Positions 37,064 through 45,017 of a DNA stretch of 64,000 nt are shown piece by piece. The stretch is taken from assembly GCA_028713655.1 (NCBI GenBank), contig JAQTNW010000006.1, positions 37,544-101,543 of the forward strand, read 5' to 3'. The translations under genes were made by a program, and so were the position numbers. Position 1 is the first letter of the stretch, and each line of letters opens with the position of its first letter. Below the pieces are notes generated by a model. That model saw nothing but the letters and a program-made list of their open reading frames with translations, was not told where the DNA came from and searched no databases. The DNA comes from Candidatus Methylacidiphilales bacterium (GTDB taxonomy: Bacteria; Verrucomicrobiota; Verrucomicrobiia; Methylacidiphilales; JAAUTS01).

Positions 37064-37813
37064 TCAGATTTCGGGCTCGTCGGCAGCCGGCCCGGCCAGC
37101 GGATCTGTAATTGCCGTCTCCGATTGAAGCGTCAGGCAACGCGTGAGCAGTTTTCCGCCCGGCTCCACCACCAATCCGTTGACTTCCAGCAAATTCGCCG
37201 TCAGATGGCCGCCCGGATAAATGGCCAGTTGTTCGGTCACCCGGACTTGCCAGGCTTGCACATGCCCGCGAATTTCAGCGCTGCGAAACGCCAAAAGGCC
37301 TTCCGAGTAAAGTGATGCGGAGGCGGGAACCAATAAATGCCCGCCCGCGGCGCCTGCTCCAAGTTTGGCATGGCCCTGCACTACGAGGATGTTCCGCGAA
37401 ACCAGCCTGCTGGTGGATCTCCCGGCGATCCGGATGTTCTCGGCCTCGGCTTTGCCCCCCGCAAAAACGCCCTTCGGGCCAATCGCGATGTCGCCATAAG
37501 TCAAAATCGCCGTGTTGAATTCCCGGTCGATTTCATGGTTCCGCAAATCGATAAAGGCGGAACAGGCATTGCATTGCCAGGTCATCGCCTCGGCATGGAT
37601 CAACAGCTCATGGTGGCATTGCAAACAGCGGACCTGGCGTTGTTCAACCGGCGCCTTTTTCTTTGTGCGCGTTTTGGTTTTGGTTTGCAGCACAATGCGA
37701 TGGCCGCATTTCTGGCAATAGGTGACGTTCGCGTTCGGGTAATCCCTCTGCTCATGGCCACAGGCCGTGCAGGTCACCAATTCTTTTGCGGGGCTTTTAC
37801 GGGAAAATCGCAT
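37064..37813 (-). CDS. bactofilin-like protein with two N-terminal zinc ribbons
   Basis: CTACGHE..x..CQKCGH and CLQCHHE..x..CNAC are followed by a bactofilin-like repetitive region (IRIAGRSTSRLVSRNILVVQGHAKLGAG...GGHLTANLLEVNGLVVEPGGKL). Confidence 0.55.
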   Translation of the reverse strand: MRFSRKSPAKELVTCTACGHEQRDYPNANVTYCQKCGHRIVLQTKTKTRTKKKAPVEQRQVRCLQCHHELLIHAEAMTWQCNACSAFIDLRNHEIDREFNTAILTYGDIAIGPKGVFAGGKAEAENIRIAGRSTSRLVSRNILVVQGHAKLGAGAAGGHLLVPASASLYSEGLLAFRSAEIRGHVQAWQVRVTEQLAIYPGGHLTANLLEVNGLVVEPGGKLLTRCLTLQSETAITDPLAGPAADEPEI

Positions 37814-37821
37814 GGCATTCC

Positions 37822-38229
37822 TTAGCGTTTGCTTTTCAGGTTCAAGGCCAGTTCTTTTTCAGTGCCGCCGATGACAAGCTTGCCGCTGTATTCCACCCCG
37901 GATTCGGTCTCAAAGGAATGTGCCGTGATGTTGCCCTTGACCCGGGCCGGTTGTTTCAGGCGGACGCCGAGACTGGCTGCAATATTGCCCTGGACCATTC
38001 CCGCCACTGAAAAATCGAGCCCGTGCAGATTTCCTTCGATTTTGGCCGGAGCAAAAATGACAAGCTCCTGTTCGGCAAAAATGTCGCCGATCAATTCACC
38101 GGCAAAATTGCCGGCCCCTTTTGTGTGTAGGTTGCCTTTGAGCGTGGGACCGTGCGACACGAGATCGTGCAGCTTCTTTTTCGGAGCATGCGACTTGAGA
38201 AACGCAAAAAATTTGGCGGGCGACAGCAT
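37822..38229 (-). CDS. bactofilin family protein
   Basis: TLKGNLHTKGAGNFAGELIGDIFAEQELVIFAPAKIEGNLHGLDFSVAGMVQGNIAASLGVRLKQPARVKGNITA. Confidence 0.7.
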   Translation of the reverse strand: MLSPAKFFAFLKSHAPKKKLHDLVSHGPTLKGNLHTKGAGNFAGELIGDIFAEQELVIFAPAKIEGNLHGLDFSVAGMVQGNIAASLGVRLKQPARVKGNITAHSFETESGVEYSGKLVIGGTEKELALNLKSKR

Positions 38230-38269
38230 AGGGCTGGCTCAAAACATAACTGTTTCTCTGGCGAGCGAA

Positions 38270-39307
38270 ATGCTAATTTGCGGTGTGTTTGAGAATTTCT
38301 TGAGTGCCATCCGGAGCGATTTGACGGATGCGGAATTTGACCGCACTGCCCTGTCGTTACTTCGTTTCCAATCGGAAGCCAACCCGGTTTACCGGCGTTT
38401 TGTGCTGGGACTGGGCCTTGACCCGGACCGGCTGGGCCAATGGCGGGAATTCCCCGCCCTGCCGGCTGCGGCCTTCCGTGACCAGGCCGTGGTCACGTTC
38501 CCCTCCGACCAAGCCACGCTGGTATTCGAGACCAGCGGGACCACCGCCGCTCAAACCGGGAAGCATTATGTAGCCGACCCCCGCTATTATGAGAAGGCCT
38601 TGCTGGAAGGGTTTCGTTTGTTCCTGCCCGACTTATGCGGTCATCGCTGGGTTTCCCTTATTCCGCGCTTTGAGGAACTGCCGCATTCGTCCCTGGCCTA
38701 TATGATCCGGCATTTGGGCCGGAACATTCCCCAAACGGAACCGGAATATTTTTGTGATGGAAAATATCGGATGGATTGGGATGGACTGCGGCAGAGCCTG
38801 TCGTGCGACATGGACCGGCCGGTCGCATTGTTCGGGACTTCGTTTGCCCTGGCATCGGCTGCAGAGCATTTTTTGGAACAAACAATGCAATGGCAATTGC
38901 CGGAGGAAAGCGTGGTGTTTGACACGGGCGGTTACAAAGGGCGCCGCAAGGAGCTGGCTTGTGAAGATTTAGCCGATCTTATCGGGCGTGCCTTTGGCAT
39001 ACACCCACAAAGGATTTACAATGAGTATGGCATGACGGAGCTTTCGTCGCAGGGCTATGCCTGTTTGGATGAAGGAATCCATCGCTTCCCGCCGTGGCTG
39101 AAAGCGGTGATCCGGGATCCGCGAACCGGAAAGGCCTGCGAGCCCGGTGAAATGGGATTGGTACAATTCTATGACCTCGCCAATGTGGGAAGCGTAATGG
39201 CGCTCGGAACACTCGATCTGGCGGTTGAAAAAGGCAACGGCATTCGTCTCATGGGCCGGATGCCGGCTTCCGAATTGCGCGGGTGTTCGCTCCCGTACGA
39301 GGCATGA
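38270..39307 (+). CDS. LuxE-like acyl-protein synthetase / acyl-adenylate-forming enzyme
   Basis: ALSLLRFQSEANPVYRRF, ETSGTT, DTGGYKGRRKE and NEYGMTELSSQ match the LuxE (PF04443-type) pattern as I recall it. The track ORF start at 37829 overlaps the bactofilin genes. Confidence 0.7.
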   Translation: MLICGVFENFLSAIRSDLTDAEFDRTALSLLRFQSEANPVYRRFVLGLGLDPDRLGQWREFPALPAAAFRDQAVVTFPSDQATLVFETSGTTAAQTGKHYVADPRYYEKALLEGFRLFLPDLCGHRWVSLIPRFEELPHSSLAYMIRHLGRNIPQTEPEYFCDGKYRMDWDGLRQSLSCDMDRPVALFGTSFALASAAEHFLEQTMQWQLPEESVVFDTGGYKGRRKELACEDLADLIGRAFGIHPQRIYNEYGMTELSSQGYACLDEGIHRFPPWLKAVIRDPRTGKACEPGEMGLVQFYDLANVGSVMALGTLDLAVEKGNGIRLMGRMPASELRGCSLPYEA

Positions 39308-40362
39308 ACACGGCTGAACGCATTCAAATGATCGGCCAGGCCTTTACAGGCCGGGCAGACCTTGGCTTCAAATCGGAACAGGATTTGTGGGCATTGGTGG
39401 AAGGCGAACTGGGAAGCCGCTACATTCTGGATTGCCCCGTCCGCTTGGGCGGGGCTGTTTTTCACGCGCGTGCGCCGGAGCGGATTTATCATGTCTGCGC
39501 TTCAAATCTCGCCGTCTCAGCCGAGACCAGTCTGATGTTAGGATTGTTGCTCGGAAGCAAATTGGATTTTAAATTGCCGTCGTCCGGGTTGCCTGCCTTT
39601 GAAAAAAGTTTCAGCCTGCTGCCGCAACCCTTGCGCGAAACGGTTTCCATTTTTCATGAGCATGACATCCAGCGGATGGCCGGAGCGGATGCGGTGGTGG
39701 TTTACGGCAGTGATGAAACCATTTCGGAAATCCGAAAACAAACCGGTGCGCGCCAGCGTTTTCTGGGCTACGGACATAAAATCAGCCTGGGCGTGGTTTT
39801 GGACCGTGATCTTTCACAGTCCCTGGCCTCGAAGGCCGCGCATGAAATTCTGGCCTACGAACAATTGGGCTGCCTTTCTCCGCAGGCTTATTTCTGTGAA
39901 ACCCCGGAAAGCGCTGCGCAATTCGCCAGGCTGTTGTCTGATGAACTCGGCTTGCTTCGCAATCACGATAGGCAGCCGCTTCCAGAGCAAAGCCTGGAGC
40001 AGGCGGCGTTGCGGCGGAATTATTTGGAACGCACTCTCGCACGGGGCGAACAGGTTTTACAGCGCAGCCAGGAGGATTACATGGTGGTTTCAGGTGCCAA
40101 TGTGCTGGAGACAGGGCCCGGTCACGGTTGCGTGCAGGTTCTAAGCGGTTTCAATTTGATCGACCCCGCGCGGTGGAAAGGCAGGATTTCATCCGTCTCG
40201 TTCAGTTCCGAACCTGACAGGTCCTTGATCGAACAATTCTGCTCACTGGGCGCCAGCCGCTTTTGCAAAATCGGCGAGCTTCAAAATCCGCCCCTGCTCT
40301 GGCGCCATGACGGAAGGCCACGGCTCGGCGACCTCGTGACCTGGGTCACGTTTGAGTTTTAA
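39304..40362 (+). CDS. LuxC-like acyl-CoA/acyl-protein reductase
   Basis: ATGA overlap with the LuxE-like gene. IYHVCASNLAVSAETSLMLGLLLGSKLDFKLPS and YEQLGCLSPQAYF (candidate catalytic Cys) are present. Confidence 0.65.
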   Translation: MNTAERIQMIGQAFTGRADLGFKSEQDLWALVEGELGSRYILDCPVRLGGAVFHARAPERIYHVCASNLAVSAETSLMLGLLLGSKLDFKLPSSGLPAFEKSFSLLPQPLRETVSIFHEHDIQRMAGADAVVVYGSDETISEIRKQTGARQRFLGYGHKISLGVVLDRDLSQSLASKAAHEILAYEQLGCLSPQAYFCETPESAAQFARLLSDELGLLRNHDRQPLPEQSLEQAALRRNYLERTLARGEQVLQRSQEDYMVVSGANVLETGPGHGCVQVLSGFNLIDPARWKGRISSVSFSSEPDRSLIEQFCSLGASRFCKIGELQNPPLLWRHDGRPRLGDLVTWVTFEF

Positions 40363-40518
40363 AACCAAAACAAAATTTGCTGAAGTGTCCCCTGCCCTTG
40401 TGTAATCTGCGGTTAAGCCTTACCGTTCTTTGCGAACTTCCTGTAATAATGTTCTGGTTTTACACCGTTATTCTCTGTGCCCTTGTTTTTTATCATCATC
40501 CGATGCACACTACCGGGC

Positions 40519-41175
40519 ATGAAAGTTTCTCCAGAGCCCGGAAGGATTTCAGACCTGCGCCGTGAATACACGGATCGCGGGCTTCACCGCGCGGACCTGG
40601 ACCCCGACCCCGTTGCCCAGTTCCGTAAGTGGTTCCAGGAGGCCCGGGCTGCCGATTTGCTGGAGCCAAATGCCATGGCGCTGGCCACGGCGGACGCCAA
40701 GGGCCGCGTCACGGCACGCACGGTTCTGCTGAAGGCTTTCGACCAAAAGGGGTTCGTGTTCTTCACCAACTACAACAGCTTGAAAGCGGCTCAAATCGCG
40801 GAAAACCCACAGTCGGCACTTTTGTTCAACTGGTTGCCCCTCGAACGCCAGGTGTCGATTAGCGGACCGGTGGAAAAAATCTCAGCCGCCGAATCTCTTG
40901 CCTACTTTGCGAGCCGCCCGTTCGGCAGCCGCTTGGGCGCCTGGGTCTCACAGCAGAGCCGCGTCATTCCGACCCGGAAATGGCTGGAGATCAAGTTCGA
41001 GGAAATGCGGAAAAAATTTGCGAGTGGCGAAGTACCGTTGCCGGATTTTTGGGGCGGCTACCGCGTCGCGCCGGAAACCCTCGAATTCTGGCAGGGTGCC
41101 GCCAGCCGCCTGCATGACCGCTTTCTATACAGCCGCGCGGGCGCGGAATGGAAGATCGAGCGACTGTCGCCTTAA
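40519..41175 (+). CDS. pdxH: pyridoxamine 5'-phosphate oxidase
   Basis: [51 protein letters not shown]...EFWQG and HDRF are present. Confidence 0.9.
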   Translation: MKVSPEPGRISDLRREYTDRGLHRADLDPDPVAQFRKWFQEARAADLLEPNAMALATADAKGRVTARTVLLKAFDQKGFVFFTNYNSLKAAQIAENPQSALLFNWLPLERQVSISGPVEKISAAESLAYFASRPFGSRLGAWVSQQSRVIPTRKWLEIKFEEMRKKFASGEVPLPDFWGGYRVAPETLEFWQGAASRLHDRFLYSRAGAEWKIERLSP

Positions 41176-41331
41176 TCTTCACGGAGTCTCGTGAAGGCCA
41201 AAAGGGTTGAGAAACCTTTGGCCCAAAACCCGTTTCGCGCTAAGAACGCCACGGACGCAAAGGAAAACCAAAACACACTTTTTGTGTTCTTCGCGCTCTT
41301 CCTGTAAAACTGCATTTCCTTTTGTGCTTCC

Positions 41332-41513
41332 TAACCCGGATGTTTCACACGCTTCAGAAAACCGCTTCAAAGTGTCCTGCTCCAAAGTATGGCGGGAACA
41401 GGGGTGCTGGAACATCCGGGTTACATAGCCTGCATATGCCCAGCTCGTGTCTTTCCGCTGTTACGTCCCGGCGCTAACAGGTTGACCATTGAAATGAGTA
41501 TGAAATATGCAGG
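41332..41513. repeat. composite dispersed repeat (family A 41332..41423 plus family B 41429..41513)
   Basis: Part A has inverted termini aacccggatgtt / aacatccgggtt. Part B has inverted termini cctgcatat / atatgcagg around about 67 nt. It is near-identical to 44154..44315. Confidence 0.85.
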
Positions 41514-41563
41514 CTAAACCCAGTGCTTGTTTCTATGCGCTTCGTGTCTTGGCACCTTCGTGG

Positions 41564-42376
41564 TTAAAAACTCTTTGTCTTCCCCGCCATGTGGGCTTCC
41601 ATGGCTTCGCGGGTGACCTTGTAGCGCGCGCCGCAGCGCGGGCAACTGATGCGCAACAGTTCCTCCCCGCCGAAAAGCCCCTGTTCCCCGTCCTTCATCA
41701 CCGGCGCGAGCAGTTCCATGATGCGCCCCTGGTTGCAGCCGCAGTGCCAGCGATATCTTCGCGTTTCGAGCAGGCTCAGCTCTTCCTTGCGATCGAGGAC
41801 CCGGATGTCGGCATCGGTCAGCGACTCCAGCCATTTCGAATCGCAATCGGGCTGGGAGCTGATCAGCACAAAGTCTTCCTCGCTGAATTCGAAATAGCGC
41901 CCGGCGCGCTGCTCGCTCTGCAGGTAATATTTTTCCACCGCGCGGAACACGCTGCGGCCCTCAAACTCGACGACGCTGCGGCGCAGGGGCTCCTGCCCGC
42001 GGATCACATCCGCAAAAAGCAGGTTGGAGCGGTTTTCCTTCACATGCTGCGTGAACAATTGTCCCGCCACGCCGCCGCTGCTGTTGTCGCCGCCTACGAA
42101 GAGATTGACCAGCGGTTCCTGGAAATTCAGGGTCCAGGCGACGGTCTCGTTGCGGGGCCTTGAAGCGCAATGAAGTGTGAGAGCGGCAAGCGCTTCCTTG
42201 AACAGGCGGTCATGCGAACCGGCGTATTGCATGCCGTTTTCCGCGAGGTGCAGATAGTAATCGACGTAGAGTTCGTCAAAAGCCGCGCGCGCCAGCAGGG
42301 CATTGCGTTTGCGCACAAAATAGGTGCGCAGCTCCAGGCCCGTTGTGTCCGATTGGGGCGCCGCTTCGTCTTCCAT
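41564..42376 (-). CDS. hslO: Hsp33-family redox-regulated chaperone
   Basis: The C-terminal zinc centre is HCGCNQGRI ... SCPRCGARYKV. Length and the N-terminal pattern fit Hsp33. Confidence 0.75.
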   Translation of the reverse strand: MEDEAAPQSDTTGLELRTYFVRKRNALLARAAFDELYVDYYLHLAENGMQYAGSHDRLFKEALAALTLHCASRPRNETVAWTLNFQEPLVNLFVGGDNSSGGVAGQLFTQHVKENRSNLLFADVIRGQEPLRRSVVEFEGRSVFRAVEKYYLQSEQRAGRYFEFSEEDFVLISSQPDCDSKWLESLTDADIRVLDRKEELSLLETRRYRWHCGCNQGRIMELLAPVMKDGEQGLFGGEELLRISCPRCGARYKVTREAMEAHMAGKTKSF

Positions 42377-42519
42377 CTGAAAAAGCTAGAATCTCCCCGT
42401 GTCCGGTGCAAGACCTGCGGAAGTATTCTTCACATACGGCATCACATTCTAGGAATTCATATAACGACGTTCTGCTTTTCTGGAGCGCAGGGCATAGATG
42501 TAAAATATTTGAATTTTAT

Positions 42520-42593
42520 TCGGGCTGCCGGGATTTGAACCCGGGGCCTCTTGAACCCCATTCAAGCGCACTACCAAGCTGTGCTACAGCCCG
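42520..42593 (-). tRNA. tRNA-Pro (anticodon GGG)
   Basis: Minus strand: CGGGCTG TAGCACAGCTTGGTAGTGC GCTTGA-ATGGGGT-TCAAG AGGCC CCGGGTTCAAATCCCGG CAGCCCG A. This gives a 7-bp acceptor stem, a GGG anticodon with G37, and a T-loop GTTCAAATC. No CCA is encoded. Confidence 0.9.
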
Positions 42594-42753
42594 AGAAAGA
42601 GGAGATGATGCCTTTGCGGCACAGATTGGACAACTAAAAAACGGGGTCTGTTACTGCAAGCTACGTCAGCGGCTTTTTTCACCTGTAAAAAAACCCGGGT
42701 TGGGAACTTTCACTCAAAAGTCCCAACCCGGGCCGCACTACTCGGGAACGTGG

Positions 42754-43248
42754 CTATCGGGAAGCCACGAAAGTGTTTTCATCAAGATTTTGCGCCGCAC
42801 GGCTGGCCACGGAGTCGGCAACGTTCGTGCCCATGTCCATACCGGCGAAAAACTGGCTCCATTCACTCGGAGAATCGCCCTGCAGCCAGACCGGCCTGAG
42901 CGCCAAGTTGTCCATGCCGTAATAGCGGCCATGGGAATCCTTGAAGACCACAAACATGTGGGCCCCACTGCGGGTGCGGGCACCGACATTGTAGCTCTCC
43001 CAGTCGAAGGTCACCTTGTAGGCCTCGATGCCTGCAGCATCCAGGCGATTGAAAAGTTCATCGGCAAAGCGCTGGCATTGGTCGGTGTGATGTTTGCCGG
43101 GAATATCCAAAGCTTTTGCGATTTTGATGGGATCGGCGTTAGTGGCGGCTTGAGCCATGGGTGCCAGAGAAAGGAAAGCAAGCAAGCCCAATGCCCCTGT
43201 TGCCAGAAGGGCGCCCCGATATTTGAATGTGCGGTTCAGAGTTTTCAT
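42754..43248 (-). CDS. secreted protein with a transglutaminase-like Cys-His-Asp spacing (BTLCP/LapG-like)
   Basis: Signal peptide ...LAPMAQA. C58 (HTDQCQRFADELF), H97 (GAHMFVVF) and D113 (YYGMDN) have spacing typical of small periplasmic transglutaminase-like cysteine peptidases. Confidence 0.35.
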   Translation of the reverse strand: MKTLNRTFKYRGALLATGALGLLAFLSLAPMAQAATNADPIKIAKALDIPGKHHTDQCQRFADELFNRLDAAGIEAYKVTFDWESYNVGARTRSGAHMFVVFKDSHGRYYGMDNLALRPVWLQGDSPSEWSQFFAGMDMGTNVADSVASRAAQNLDENTFVASR

Positions 43249-43753
43249 AGTGATTTAGTACATTGCAGGGGCCGTGCCAGGTCTTGGCCGATCCTGTAAC
43301 CCATTGATGCAAAGTGGCTTGTATATTTCAGGCTCGGAAAATCGGCAGAAAACGGGCCGAATTTCGGAAAGAGATTTTCAAAATAGAAAAAAGTTTTTCA
43401 ACTTGTACCCGGTTTAACCCGCGCGAAGGTCGAAACCAGGGATTTTGGATGCCAGGAGCGGCAATTTTTCTCGCTGGACTCCCCGTAAGATTCCTATTTA
43501 CTTTTGGGTTCTGGCGGCGGAATATTCGCCCAGCCCAAATGGCTTAAATGAAGATCGAGAAATAACGATTCAACATTCACTCCCGGTTGGTTTTTTTGCC
43601 GGTATCAAACACCACTTTCCCCCTTAATTTTTTGTAAAGTCAGAAGGACAGTTGTATCCCTGTGTCCCCATTCAGACCCAACCCCTTTCAAGTAATTTCG
43701 GCCACCCGGTGTGGCCGGAAGCTTGATGTGTTAACCTCAACAAAGTTGAAGAA

Positions 43754-44026
43754 ATGAAGAGTATATTCGTCGGCAACCTGCCGTTTAAAGCAACTGAAGA
43801 TGAAATTGAGCAACTGTTTGCCGCCCATGGCAAGGTTCTCTCCGTCAAACTTCTGACAGACCGTGAAACCGGGAAACCCCGCGGTTTTGGTTTTGTCGAG
43901 ATGGAAGATGGGGAAGCCGCAACCGCGATTGCTGCCCTGGACGGCCAGGATTTTCAGGGACGCCCCCTGCGAATCAATGAAGCCCGCCCCCGGGAAGAAA
44001 ATGCCCGCCCGCCCCGCAAGTTCTAA
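43754..44026 (+). CDS. RRM-type RNA-binding protein
   Basis: RNP2 IFVGNL and RNP1 RGFGFVEM are present in a 90-aa protein. Confidence 0.9.
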   Translation: MKSIFVGNLPFKATEDEIEQLFAAHGKVLSVKLLTDRETGKPRGFGFVEMEDGEAATAIAALDGQDFQGRPLRINEARPREENARPPRKF

Positions 44027-44153
44027 TCCGCGCAGCTTGGCTGTGTGGGATAGTCTTTGCATCCGGGCGATTTGAGGACAAGGGAAACCTGCTTGAAATT
44101 TCCCCTCCTAGGATGGGAGGGCAGGCAGCATCGTGTGCAAAACCGCTTTAAAA

Positions 44154-44315
44154 ACATCCGGGTTAGCCCGGATGTTTCACACGCTTCTGAAATCCCGGGC
44201 AAAGTGTCCTGCTCCAAAGTGTGGCAATAACCTGCATATGCCCAGCACATGTCCTTCCGCTGTTGGGTCCCGGTGCCAACAGGTTGACCATTGAAATGAG
44301 TATAAAATATGCAGG
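44154..44315. repeat. composite dispersed repeat (families A plus B), second copy
   Basis: It aligns with 41332..41513. Here acatccgggtta lies directly 5' of gcccggatgt, forming an immediate hairpin. Part B (44231..44315) ends at the stop codon of the DUF721 gene. Confidence 0.85.
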
Positions 44316-45017
44316 TTAGCGGAACACGATTTTCTGGATATTCAGGTTCAGTAATTTTCCCAGCCGGACAGCCAGGTCGCTCTTGCGCTGCAGGGAATAG
44401 CGTCTGGCGGAACTGAGTGTTTTGCAATAAGCGAGGCCTCTGGAGGCATCCACTTTCTCCAGAACGGTTTCCATGGCGGCTTCAGTGCCAACCAGCGAAG
44501 CCCAGGCCTGCTGTAAATGGTTGGGGCTTTGGCCCTGCGCTCTCCGGATCTTGTCCAATACCGAATTCAGCCAAAGGCTGCGGGTGGCATTGGCTGCAAC
44601 CCGCACCGGGGGCGCTCCCAATTTCATGGCTCCCGCATAGAGTTCCTGTTCCCGGGCGGTCATGGCCCGGCCATGACCCTTTTCAAACTGGCGGTTGAGC
44701 CGCGCCAATTCCTCCGATTTGGCGGAAAGCCGACAATAAACCTCCCGTTCAATTTGAACCCGCAACAGATTGAAGCAATCCGCTGGGTCCAGCCTGGACT
44801 TTTCAAGCTTTTCAACCATCTCGAAGGCTATTTGCTGCCAGGTGAGAACATAGTCGGTCTTGAGCACTTTCAAGTAAGGCCGGTCCGGAGTGTCGCCCCC
44901 GATGGCAACGAAAAGCCCCTTCCCCGCCAGGGCCTCGCGCTTGGCTCGGCTTTTGAACTGGCGATGGAGATGGAGTTTGAAATAGGTCGCCCACTCGCGT
45001 TTCTTTTCGTTGTTCAT
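44316..45017 (-). CDS. DUF721/DciA-like domain protein with an N-terminal extension
   Basis: The C-terminal QQAWASLVGTEAAMETVLEKVDASRGLAYCKTLSSARRYSLQRKSDLAVRLGKLLNLNIQKIVFR fits the DUF721 pattern (W..ivG...L.v.v.s.....l......l...l......I.fr). It has an ATGA overlap with the upstream gene. Confidence 0.5.
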   Translation of the reverse strand: MNNEKKREWATYFKLHLHRQFKSRAKREALAGKGLFVAIGGDTPDRPYLKVLKTDYVLTWQQIAFEMVEKLEKSRLDPADCFNLLRVQIEREVYCRLSAKSEELARLNRQFEKGHGRAMTAREQELYAGAMKLGAPPVRVAANATRSLWLNSVLDKIRRAQGQSPNHLQQAWASLVGTEAAMETVLEKVDASRGLAYCKTLSSARRYSLQRKSDLAVRLGKLLNLNIQKIVFR

